DNA of 64,000 nt, taken from positions 608,001 through 672,000 of the forward strand of contig NZ_CP186926.1 of the NCBI RefSeq assembly GCF_049554935.1, written 5' to 3'. This stretch comes from Methanocaldococcus indicus (lineage in GTDB: Archaea > AGJL01 > Methanococci > Methanococcales > Methanocaldococcaceae). Below are positions 55,813-64,000 of the stretch, piece after piece (position 1 is the stretch's first letter; every line of letters begins with the position of its first letter). The notes beneath the pieces were generated by a model. That model was not told where the DNA came from. It saw only the letters and a list, made by a program, of their open reading frames with translations, and made no database searches. Position numbers and translations under genes: made by a program.

Positions 55813-56529
55813 ATGAAATATTTATTTATATCATCCAAAAAAGATTTAGCAAGTTTAAATATTGCTAAACATCTTGAGGAGTATTTTGATATATATTATA
55901 CTGAAAAAGATTTGTTAGATATAAAAAGAGAGGATTTAAAAAAATCTGATTATTACATTTTTCTCTCAAAACATAGAAGTGAGAGAAATTTACCTTCTTT
56001 AACAGTCCATGTTCCTGGATTGTTAGATAAAGAAATATGTCCAGCAGATGCAGTTTTGAATACATTAATACTAAAAAATTTAAATAAATATAATAACATT
56101 GGATATAATGTATCTTTTGAAGTTGTTCATCATACACCAACAGATTTAGATGGGTATAGTGTTTTTGTGGAAATAGGAAGTAGTGAAAAAGAATGGACTA
56201 ATGAAAAGGCTGGGAAAATAGTTGCTAATGCAATAGTTGAAAGTATAGAATGCTTAGAGAATCAAGATTATGAAGAATTAGATAGAGTTCTTGGCATTGG
56301 TGGAGGACATTATGCCCCAAAATTTACAAAGTTAGCTTTACAAAATAAATACTATTTTGGTTATTTAGTTCCTAAGTATATAAATATTAAAGAGGATATT
56401 TTAAAACAGATGTTAAATAAGAGTGAGATTGATAAAGTTTTAATAGATTGGAAAGGATGTAAAAGTGAAATGAAAAAAAAGTGTATATCCTTTTTTGAAA
56501 ATTCTGGGATAGAATGGGAGAAAGTCTAA
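55813..56529 (+). CDS. dtdA: D-aminoacyl-tRNA deacylase, archaeal type
   Basis: SKH, LTVH, EVVHH.P, FVEIGS, GGGHYAP; start may be 55801 or 55813. Confidence 0.9.
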   Translation: MKYLFISSKKDLASLNIAKHLEEYFDIYYTEKDLLDIKREDLKKSDYYIFLSKHRSERNLPSLTVHVPGLLDKEICPADAVLNTLILKNLNKYNNIGYNVSFEVVHHTPTDLDGYSVFVEIGSSEKEWTNEKAGKIVANAIVESIECLENQDYEELDRVLGIGGGHYAPKFTKLALQNKYYFGYLVPKYINIKEDILKQMLNKSEIDKVLIDWKGCKSEMKKKCISFFENSGIEWEKV

Positions 56530-57296
56530 GAGACATTTTATTAGATTTTAAAAAAGGAAAATTAGATATTGATGAAGTAGAAAAGTTAATTAAATTAGAT
56601 TATATAGAAAAATTAGAAAAATTTAAGTTAGATATTAATAGAGAGTTAAGAACTGGAATTCCAGAAGTGGTTTATGGGAAGGGAAAGTGTATAGATGAGA
56701 TAATAGAAGGCACAATAAACTTAGCTAAAAAGAATGGAAAAGCTCTTGCCACAAAAATTTATAATATTGAAGAATTAAAAGAAAAAATTAAAAACTACAA
56801 TGAAGATTTAGATAACTACACAATTAAAATAAATGAAAAAGCAAAAACTTTAACAATTATTAGAAAGGATTATCTCCATAAAAATAGAAATGTAGTAAAG
56901 GGTTGTGTAGGAATTATAACAGCTGGAACAGCAGATATACCCATAGCAGAAGAAGCTAAAGAAACATTAGATTTTTTAGGTGTGAGATATATAACTTCCT
57001 ATGATGTTGGAGTAGCAGGAATACATAGGTTATTTCCAATATTAAGAGAAATGATTATAAATAAAGTATCAGTTATTATAGTCATAGCTGGGATGGAAGG
57101 AGCACTTCCATCAGTTGTTTCGTCATTAGTTGATGTTCCTGTTATTGGAGTCCCAACTTCAACAGCTACTATTGAAATTACTCCTTTATTGTCTATGTTA
57201 CACTCATGCTCTCCTGGGTTAGCTGTTGTAAATATAGATAATGGCTTTGGAGCTGCAACTTTTGCATACTTAATACTGAAGGTGAAAGATTTATGA
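56514..57296 (+). CDS. larB: LarB / PurE-like carboxylase
   Basis: RTGIPEVVYG.GK, AGTAD, DVGVAGIHRL, AGMEGALPS, NIDNGFGAA. Confidence 0.88.
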   Translation: MGESLRDILLDFKKGKLDIDEVEKLIKLDYIEKLEKFKLDINRELRTGIPEVVYGKGKCIDEIIEGTINLAKKNGKALATKIYNIEELKEKIKNYNEDLDNYTIKINEKAKTLTIIRKDYLHKNRNVVKGCVGIITAGTADIPIAEEAKETLDFLGVRYITSYDVGVAGIHRLFPILREMIINKVSVIIVIAGMEGALPSVVSSLVDVPVIGVPTSTATIEITPLLSMLHSCSPGLAVVNIDNGFGAATFAYLILKVKDL

Positions 57297-58447
57297 TTAA
57301 AATTATTGAAGGTGATTATGTAAAAACAATGTCTGAATTAAATTTAGATGATGTTCTATCTAAGGTTGATACTGGATATATTATAATTTATGCAAAAGAA
57401 GGAGATAGATTTCATGAAGGTTATTTATTTTTTGAGAATGGTAAATTAGTTGGAGCTTATTATACAGATAATAGAGAAGTTGAAGTATTTGGAGATAGAA
57501 GTAAAGTGTTAGAAATACTTAATAAAGAAAATAAGATCATTGAAGTATATAGATACACAAAGGATAAAATTAATTTATTAAAATGGTTATATCCAGAAAT
57601 TTTTAAACTTAAATTAGAAAAGGACAAATTTGAGGGAAAATATTCAAAAGATAGACTATCAATTCCATTAGATAACCTAATTGCAAAGAATATTAATGAC
57701 ATTACTCCATTTTTAGAGAATAATAAAATAATTTTAGTAAATATTTATGATAAAGTAGGAACAGAAAATGCATATATTGTTTATAAAGGAAAAAATCCAA
57801 TTTTAGCTTATTATGAATGTGACAAAGGTAGTTTATTTGGCAATGATGCCTATGAAAAAATAAAAGAAATCTTAGAAACTGATAAAGATAATTATATTAT
57901 TGATATTTATGATTTTGATGAAATTAAGTTAAATATTTTACTTGAAACATATCCTAAACTAAAAATTGAAGAAGTTGAAGAAGAAAAAATAGAGGAAATT
58001 GAAGCTAAATCAGATGATATGGGTGCTAAAGAAATTGAAGAAATCAATAAAATAGAGGAAGAAGAAGAGCTTTCAAGAGAAGAACTTTTGAAAAGATTGG
58101 GTATTACTGAGCCAGATGAGGAATGGGTAGAAGAAGTTATAGAAGAATTTATGAGACCAGATGATGAATTTTTAGAAGAACTTAAAAAAGAAATTGAAGA
58201 GAAAATAAAAAATGAAATTTTGAAAATTGATGGTGTTAAAGATGTTAATATTAATATTAATGTAAAATGGGAGAATGGAAGATATTATATATCTGGAGAA
58301 ATAAAAATAATTAGAAAGAGTATATTTGGACTATTCAAGAAAGAAATTGACCCTGGAGTTATAAAAATTATTGTTGATAAGATTATTAAGAATACAATTC
58401 CTAAATATGAAAAATATACAACACACATATCAATCAATATAGAATAA
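57293..58447 (+). CDS. DUF2226-like protein with two PATAN-like domains
   Basis: Duplicated G-Y-I...G.L.F..G..V.AYY...G..A...IEVY unit, acidic linker, LSREELLKRLGI motif. Confidence 0.7.
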   Translation: MIKIIEGDYVKTMSELNLDDVLSKVDTGYIIIYAKEGDRFHEGYLFFENGKLVGAYYTDNREVEVFGDRSKVLEILNKENKIIEVYRYTKDKINLLKWLYPEIFKLKLEKDKFEGKYSKDRLSIPLDNLIAKNINDITPFLENNKIILVNIYDKVGTENAYIVYKGKNPILAYYECDKGSLFGNDAYEKIKEILETDKDNYIIDIYDFDEIKLNILLETYPKLKIEEVEEEKIEEIEAKSDDMGAKEIEEINKIEEEEELSREELLKRLGITEPDEEWVEEVIEEFMRPDDEFLEELKKEIEEKIKNEILKIDGVKDVNININVKWENGRYYISGEIKIIRKSIFGLFKKEIDPGVIKIIVDKIIKNTIPKYEKYTTHISINIE

Positions 58448-58457
58448 ATGTGAGATT

Positions 58458-59051
58458 ATGTATTATGAACTAATTTTTTTTATCAGCTTTATTTTAGGAG
58501 GGATATTAGCATATCTATTATATAAATATAAAGAGAACCAAAAACAACAATCATTTAAAGTTATTGAAATGGAGCTTGTGGAAAATTTAAAGGAATTAAA
58601 AAAGCAAATTGAACCAACTGATGATAAAAAATTTAGTAAAGAGTTTGATTTAGTAGAGTTATCTTTGAATTATGAGTTTGATGATATTGTTATAACTAAT
58701 GATGAAGGTTTTATAATAGCTTCAACTTATGAAGATTCTGATGAATTTGGTTCAACTCTATTTAGAATCTTTGAGAATATTAAAGATTATTTAAAAAAAG
58801 TAAAAAAAGTTGTTATTCAAAGTGATGAATACATTATAATATATCCAATAGAATATATGAATGAAGAAATATATATAATAACAAAAACTAAAATTTTACC
58901 AAATCCTGTTGAAGAAAAGAAATTTTTAGATGAAATAAAACATCTATTAGACAATAAATATTTACATCAACTAAGAACATTAGAAAACATCTCTGATAAG
59001 TTTATTACTAAAACAATTGATGAAATAGAAGGAAATGTCACAAATATTTAA
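58458..59051 (+). CDS. Membrane-anchored hypothetical protein with Roadblock/LAMTOR-like domain
   Basis: N-terminal TM helix; FDDIVITNDEGFIIAS followed by helix and beta strands. Confidence 0.6.
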   Translation: MYYELIFFISFILGGILAYLLYKYKENQKQQSFKVIEMELVENLKELKKQIEPTDDKKFSKEFDLVELSLNYEFDDIVITNDEGFIIASTYEDSDEFGSTLFRIFENIKDYLKKVKKVVIQSDEYIIIYPIEYMNEEIYIITKTKILPNPVEEKKFLDEIKHLLDNKYLHQLRTLENISDKFITKTIDEIEGNVTNI

Positions 59052-59509
59052 AAAAACTTTACAGCAGATAATGCAATATTTATAATAGATAAAACAACTA
59101 CAACATATATTAGATTTTTAATATCTTTAAGATTATATAATGTAGATAAATTACTATGATTAATGCTATTAAATATGTCTGAGATTTTATTTATTTTTAT
59201 ATTAGTTTTTTCAAGATTCAATATAATTTTCTCAGTTTTATATTCAAGACTCTTTTTATTTGTTATACTTTTAATTTCATTAATTTTTGTATTTAACTCA
59301 TTCATATATAGATTTAATTCATCTAAGGAATTTCCTACCAATTTGATATTAGAGATATGCATATCTAACTTGTTACTCAATTTTTCTAATGACTTTATAG
59401 ATTTTTCTAAATTTTTATTTGTTATATTTAAACCATAATGAACTTCTGCAACATAATTGTTAAGCTCTGACATTAATCTATCTAATTCATCTATTTTTAT
59501 TTCCCCCAT
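59048..59509 (-). CDS. Tail-anchored coiled-coil protein
   Basis: Heptad pattern throughout; C-terminal TM LIYVVVVLSIINIALSAV. Confidence 0.7.
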   Translation of the reverse strand: MGEIKIDELDRLMSELNNYVAEVHYGLNITNKNLEKSIKSLEKLSNKLDMHISNIKLVGNSLDELNLYMNELNTKINEIKSITNKKSLEYKTEKIILNLEKTNIKINKISDIFNSINHSNLSTLYNLKDIKNLIYVVVVLSIINIALSAVKFF

Positions 59510-59557
59510 TACACATCACCACACAAAAAATATCAATGAATTATTATGTATTAAAGT

Positions 59558-60043
59558 TTATATTCTATTGTCAATTTCTGTCAATAACTCTTCCATTCTT
59601 TTATTTATAACTTCACATTTTTCTAATAGATTTCTTAAATCACTTTTATTTTGTGTTATAAGGTTCATAGCTTCATTATATTCTCCAAATATTAGAACAT
59701 ATTTTTCCTTATCAATATCTTTTAATTTCTCTAAAGTTTTTTCTAATTTACTCAGTGAATCTTCGTTTCTTTCCATATTAGCTCCTAAGCTTAATATCAT
59801 ACTTTTAACATTTTCTATAACATTGTGAAGATTTTCCAAGTTTTTTATTAAGTCCTCAAGTAATTTTATATTATATTTATCTTTTTCAATAACTTCATAA
59901 TATTTACATTCTATAATTTCCAAAGTTTTTTCAACATTATTTAGCACATCTTTTAGTTGATTTATTATCTTTACAACATCTCTATTACTATCTTTAAAGT
60001 CTTTAATGCTTTTTATCAAATTTTCAACTATATTTTCATACAT
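59558..60043 (-). CDS. Coiled-coil hypothetical protein
   Basis: Heptad pattern, co-oriented in operon. Confidence 0.7.
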   Translation of the reverse strand: MYENIVENLIKSIKDFKDSNRDVVKIINQLKDVLNNVEKTLEIIECKYYEVIEKDKYNIKLLEDLIKNLENLHNVIENVKSMILSLGANMERNEDSLSKLEKTLEKLKDIDKEKYVLIFGEYNEAMNLITQNKSDLRNLLEKCEVINKRMEELLTEIDNRI

Positions 60044-60048
60044 TTTTA

Positions 60049-60594
60049 TTACCCCTTTAACATCTCCTTTACAAATTTTTCAGCAAGATTTTTATGTTCT
60101 TTACTACCAACTTTTTTTATAATTTTATATAACTCTAATATATCTTTTTCTATATCTTTTAAATGTCTCCTTGAATACAAAATAGCCATCTCTACAATTA
60201 AACCATCAGCTCTACAATAAGGTTTTATTTCTCTATTAAAATAGATTCTATCAATTTCCTCCCCTTCTATTAGTAAAATTTTACTTTTTCCTAATTTATC
60301 TTCTCTATTTATAATTTTTCTACTTACTACTTTATAAAATATTGAATAATATCCTTTAACAAAAGGAATATCTCTATAAAATAGATATTCATCATCATCA
60401 GTTAAAACTGCCTCAGCTATTTTAATTGGCTCAACAACATTAACAGAAAAGTAATCCTGATTTAGTAGATTTTCATAAGTATGTGAGCCTTCAAAAATTT
60501 TCATCCTTACCTTTTTATCTTTAATATATGTTCCTATTGGAGCTTTGTTCAATCTATTATTTAACTTAGTTACTACAACTGTCTCATAAATCAT
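60049..60594 (-). CDS. DUF447 family protein
   Basis: YETVVVT, N.APIG, FEGSHTYEN, RA...E.AI..SR. Confidence 0.85.
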   Translation of the reverse strand: MIYETVVVTKLNNRLNKAPIGTYIKDKKVRMKIFEGSHTYENLLNQDYFSVNVVEPIKIAEAVLTDDDEYLFYRDIPFVKGYYSIFYKVVSRKIINREDKLGKSKILLIEGEEIDRIYFNREIKPYCRADGLIVEMAILYSRRHLKDIEKDILELYKIIKKVGSKEHKNLAEKFVKEMLKG

Positions 60595-61364
60595 AAAACC
60601 TCTACCTTAATACTCTCTAAGTCTCCTCCTCTTTTATATCTTAATAATAAAGAAAATTCTTCTTTATTTGCCTCAAAAGGAATAACTAATGGAGGATTAA
60701 GCATTTTTAAGTTTCCTGATATATGTTTATTAGTTAATATAGTATATGTTCTTAACTTCAAAGCTAAATTTTTATTTATATTGTCTAATTTAAAGTTAAA
60801 AATATATTCAACTTCTAAATCATTTATTTTGTAGAAATTAACTTCTTCATAAATAACTTCATTAGATAACTCTCTATATTTATCATCTTCATCATAATGA
60901 ATATAATTTAGAGGAGATTCAACAATTTGAGCTGATGATACTACTCTTTCAGGTATTAACTTTCCTCTATATTTTAATAAACCTCTTCTATGTATTGAAT
61001 TTATAACCTTAACTTGTGGCTCAGTTATTAAGGCAGTATCTAACATCTCAGCTATAATAACATCAGCCTTCTCTTTGAAGTTATATATTTCAGCATCTCC
61101 CTCTATAGCCTCTATATTTTTAAAATTATTTAATTCAATATTTTCTTTTACATACTCATAAGTGAAGCTATCTAACTCAATAGCATAAACTTTCTTTGCT
61201 ATTCTGCCAGCAATCATTGCTAAAATTCCTGAGCCAGTTCCTAAATCATAAACTATATGATGTGGTTTAACTACACTTTCTATTGCTTCTTTGAATATTG
61301 CTAATCTCTCATAATCAGTTAATAAAGAGTTATGCCACTGAGGAGCTTTAATCTTTAACTTCAT
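60591..61364 (-). CDS. Class I SAM-dependent methyltransferase (PRMT-like motifs)
   Basis: H..LL.D.ER, DLGTGSGIL, DVIIAEMLDTALI.E, G.LIP. Confidence 0.82.
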   Translation of the reverse strand: MKLKIKAPQWHNSLLTDYERLAIFKEAIESVVKPHHIVYDLGTGSGILAMIAGRIAKKVYAIELDSFTYEYVKENIELNNFKNIEAIEGDAEIYNFKEKADVIIAEMLDTALITEPQVKVINSIHRRGLLKYRGKLIPERVVSSAQIVESPLNYIHYDEDDKYRELSNEVIYEEVNFYKINDLEVEYIFNFKLDNINKNLALKLRTYTILTNKHISGNLKMLNPPLVIPFEANKEEFSLLLRYKRGGDLESIKVEVL

Positions 61365-61388
61365 AATTAATCACTTTGGGGATGTAAA

Positions 61389-62543
61389 ATGTTGTTTAAG
61401 GAAGTTTTAGATTTTAATAAAGCAAGAGAGATAGTTTATAGTTATTTAAATAAGTATGTTAAATCATCAAATATTAAGCTTATAGATGGTTTAAATAAAA
61501 TAGCTTATGAAGATGTTAAAGCACCTATAAACCTTCCTTATTTTAATAGGAGTGCTATGGATGGTTATGCTGTAAGAGCTGAGGATGTTTCTGGAGCTTC
61601 ACAAACAAATCCTATTATTTTAAATTTAGTTGAGAGAGATTATATAGATGAAGGTGAAGCAAAAAAAGTCCATACAGGAGATAAATTACCAGAAGGAGCT
61701 AATGCTGTTGTAATGAAAGAATACTGTAATGAATATAACAACTTTTTAGAAGTTTATAAGTCAGTTCATCCAAATGAAAATGTTTCAAAAATAGGAGAAG
61801 ATGTAAAAAAAGGAGATACTATATTAAAGAAAGGAGAAAAAATATCTCCATATCACTTAGCTATACTATCATCTTTGGGAATTAAAAATATTAAAGTATA
61901 TGATTTAAAAATAGGAGTTATTTCAACAGGAGCGGAATTAGTTAGTTTAGAAGAAGGTATTAAAAATAATAAAATAATTAACTCAAACTACTATTTACTT
62001 TATGGTCTATTAAAAAACTTAGGTTTTGATGTTGTAGATTATGGAATTGTTAAAGATAATTTAGATAATATAAAAGAAACATTAAAAAAAGCTAATGAGG
62101 AAGTAGATATTATTTTTACTACTGGGGGGACATCTGTTGGAGATAGGGACTTAACAGTTAAAGCTGTTAAAGAACTTGGAGATGTTATTTTACATGGAGT
62201 CAATATAAGGCCAGGAAAACCTTTTGCCTTTGGAGTTATTGACAAACCTATTTTTATGCTCTCTGGATATCCTGTTGCTGCTGCTGTTCAGTTTGAACTG
62301 TTCTTTTATAGATACTTTGCACAAAGAAAAAAGATAATGTTGGAGCTTTCACATCCAATTCCTTCACAATTAGGAAGGGTAGATTTTGTTAGAGTTAAAA
62401 TAGTTAAAAATAAAGTCTTACCAGTAAGGATAACTGGAAGTGGTGTTATATCCTCTCTAATAAAAAGTGATGGATACATAATTGTTGATGAAAATATAGA
62501 GGGTTATGAAAAAGGAGAAAAAGTTGAAGTTTATCTATTCTGA
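61389..62543 (+). CDS. moeA: Molybdopterin Mo/W-transferase MoeA (second paralogue)
   Basis: RSAMDGYA, TGGTSVG, RPGKP. Confidence 0.93.
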   Translation: MLFKEVLDFNKAREIVYSYLNKYVKSSNIKLIDGLNKIAYEDVKAPINLPYFNRSAMDGYAVRAEDVSGASQTNPIILNLVERDYIDEGEAKKVHTGDKLPEGANAVVMKEYCNEYNNFLEVYKSVHPNENVSKIGEDVKKGDTILKKGEKISPYHLAILSSLGIKNIKVYDLKIGVISTGAELVSLEEGIKNNKIINSNYYLLYGLLKNLGFDVVDYGIVKDNLDNIKETLKKANEEVDIIFTTGGTSVGDRDLTVKAVKELGDVILHGVNIRPGKPFAFGVIDKPIFMLSGYPVAAAVQFELFFYRYFAQRKKIMLELSHPIPSQLGRVDFVRVKIVKNKVLPVRITGSGVISSLIKSDGYIIVDENIEGYEKGEKVEVYLF

Positions 62544-63728
62544 ATATCTCTTAATTATCTCTTTTATATCATCAAATAGAACATTTGATTTACAAAAACT
62601 TGGTAGATAGACAGAAGCTTTTCCTGAATTTGTTGCTATATTTAAATTTTTAATTGGTGAGACTACCATACATGTATCTTTAATTATCTTACCTCCTGCC
62701 TTTTCAATTGTATCAGTGTAGTTCATCCTATCAGAAATAGCTTTTATATGTATAGAACAACAAACCCACAAATCTATTTTTAATTTTTTATTTTTTAATA
62801 AATATGATATTTCTTTAATCTCTTTCAAACTACAATGAGGACATCCAACAGTTATCAAATCAATGTCATCAGCAGAGTTTAACTTATCATAAGCCTCCAT
62901 AATCTCCTCTTTTCCTATTTCTATAACCTCTCTATTCTCAATAACATCCTTAACTTTTGCCTCAGCAGTTAGATTTTTGGCATGATATAAAGCAATTCCT
63001 CCACTTGCAGCCATTGTAGCTCCTAAAAGTTTTAACTCTTCAATTGAAGGTTTAAATCTATATAAATCTTCAAAATAAGGAATATCTTTTTTTAACATCT
63101 CACCAACAACATAACCTAATGCTCCATAAAAACTCTCTTCTTTAAATTTTGCTTCTTTATCTATTTTGATAATATAATTAGCTTTCCTATTCTCATCTAA
63201 ATGATAGCCATAATATGGGGTTTTTCCTATAATAGCTGATGCTAATGCTAATGGTCCTCCTTCTCTATTTGTCTTAGCCCCTAATATAGAGTTTGCATAA
63301 CTTACAGCAGAACTTTCTGCCCAACTTATATGCTCTCCAAATCTTGGAACATTTCCAGTTAAATAAGGTGTGCATGTGCATGAAATCTCAATATCCAACT
63401 TTCTAAAAGCATTTATAATCCTTAACTGTTTTTCAGCAAAACTCTCACTTATACCCATCTCTCTCCATCTGTCTAAATCCATTCCAGCCGGATTTAGTGT
63501 AGTAGGAACTTTAACTTTTATATTTTCTTTTGTTAAATCCTCTATAAACTCTAAACCATAATCTCCAATAGTTTTATATGAGACACCTGAAACCTGTGAA
63601 GAACTTATTTCTATCAATTTCTCTGCTCCATATATCTCACCTAAACTAACTAACAAATTCATACATCTTCTTAAAATCTCTCCATACTCTCCATCTAATA
63701 TCTTCTCTTCCTCTTTTGTTAGATACAT
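62535..63728 (-). CDS. Aconitase X catalytic subunit (probable phosphomevalonate dehydratase large subunit)
   Basis: GVSYKTIG, CTCTPY, WAESSA, TNREGG, GCPH, DTCMVVSP, TNSGK. Confidence 0.88.
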   Translation of the reverse strand: MYLTKEEEKILDGEYGEILRRCMNLLVSLGEIYGAEKLIEISSSQVSGVSYKTIGDYGLEFIEDLTKENIKVKVPTTLNPAGMDLDRWREMGISESFAEKQLRIINAFRKLDIEISCTCTPYLTGNVPRFGEHISWAESSAVSYANSILGAKTNREGGPLALASAIIGKTPYYGYHLDENRKANYIIKIDKEAKFKEESFYGALGYVVGEMLKKDIPYFEDLYRFKPSIEELKLLGATMAASGGIALYHAKNLTAEAKVKDVIENREVIEIGKEEIMEAYDKLNSADDIDLITVGCPHCSLKEIKEISYLLKNKKLKIDLWVCCSIHIKAISDRMNYTDTIEKAGGKIIKDTCMVVSPIKNLNIATNSGKASVYLPSFCKSNVLFDDIKEIIKRYSE

Positions 63729-63803
63729 AAATTTACCACATTTGAAGTTTTAATAATAAAAAGAGTTATAACCTATAAATAAATATAAAAAATTTGTGAG
63801 ATT

Positions 63804-64000
63804 ATGGAATTAGTAAGGGAAAGTATAAATAATTTAGATGCTGCTTTAGAGTTAAGAGAGTTAGTTTTAGAAAAAATAAATAAAAATAAATTGAATGAAT
63901 CCTTTATTTTAGAGATTTTTGATGAAATTGATAAATTAAGTTTAGATGAACTCATAAAGTTAGGTAGCAATTTTAGAAAATTCCCATTAGGTTGTGATTT
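63804..64000 (+). CDS. hcgG: FeGP cofactor biosynthesis protein HcgG/HmdC, 5' fragment (runs off the window end)
   Basis: Manual translation MELVRESINNLDAALEL...KLGSNFRKFPLGCD; open to the window end. Confidence 0.72.
   Translation, partial: MELVRESINNLDAALELRELVLEKINKNKLNESFILEIFDEIDKLSLDELIKLGSNFRKFPLGCD

Noticed and set aside
44-63970. Many short antisense or alternate-frame ORFs in the track (e.g. 44-403, 12591-13064, 14108-14731, 45204-45578, 63773-63970)
   Set aside because: Shadows of recognisable genes; S/F/L/I-rich composition expected from the reverse strand of A-rich coding DNA.

Overview
Very AT-rich, gene-dense chromosomal segment of a hyperthermophilic hydrogenotrophic methanogen. 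The proteins closely resemble Methanocaldococcus orthologues; the species cannot be fixed from the sequence alone. Most of it is housekeeping: translation and tRNA modification (alaS, nac, dph6-like, pus10, trmJ, trm5b, cca, dtdA, tRNA-Leu(GAG)), methanogenesis and cofactor genes (mtd, fwdHFGDAC, mfnC, cofC, cofD, two moeA, hcgG/hmdC, tfrA, fprA), and a complete archaellum locus (four archaellins, flaC-J, flaK). The only mobile element is one 702-bp IS6-family element with a 9-bp target duplication. The most interesting observations are: (1) an uncalled 51-aa ORF overlapping the end of the filament-forming gamma-prefoldin gene, which looks like a single-hairpin, tentacle-less mini-prefoldin and could be a natural filament capper; (2) flaC split by a -1 frameshift at an A9 tract containing A_AAA_AAG; (3) twin 17-bp palindromic operators upstream of the HTH-ferredoxin gene fwdH; (4) a perfect 6x30-bp TATA-containing tandem array between tRNA-Leu and a TPR gene; (5) nucleotide-identical blocks shared by three archaellin genes; (6) a DUF2226 / Roadblock-like / tail-anchored coiled-coil gene cluster. 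All protein calls come from motif and family recognition by eye; no database search was run.
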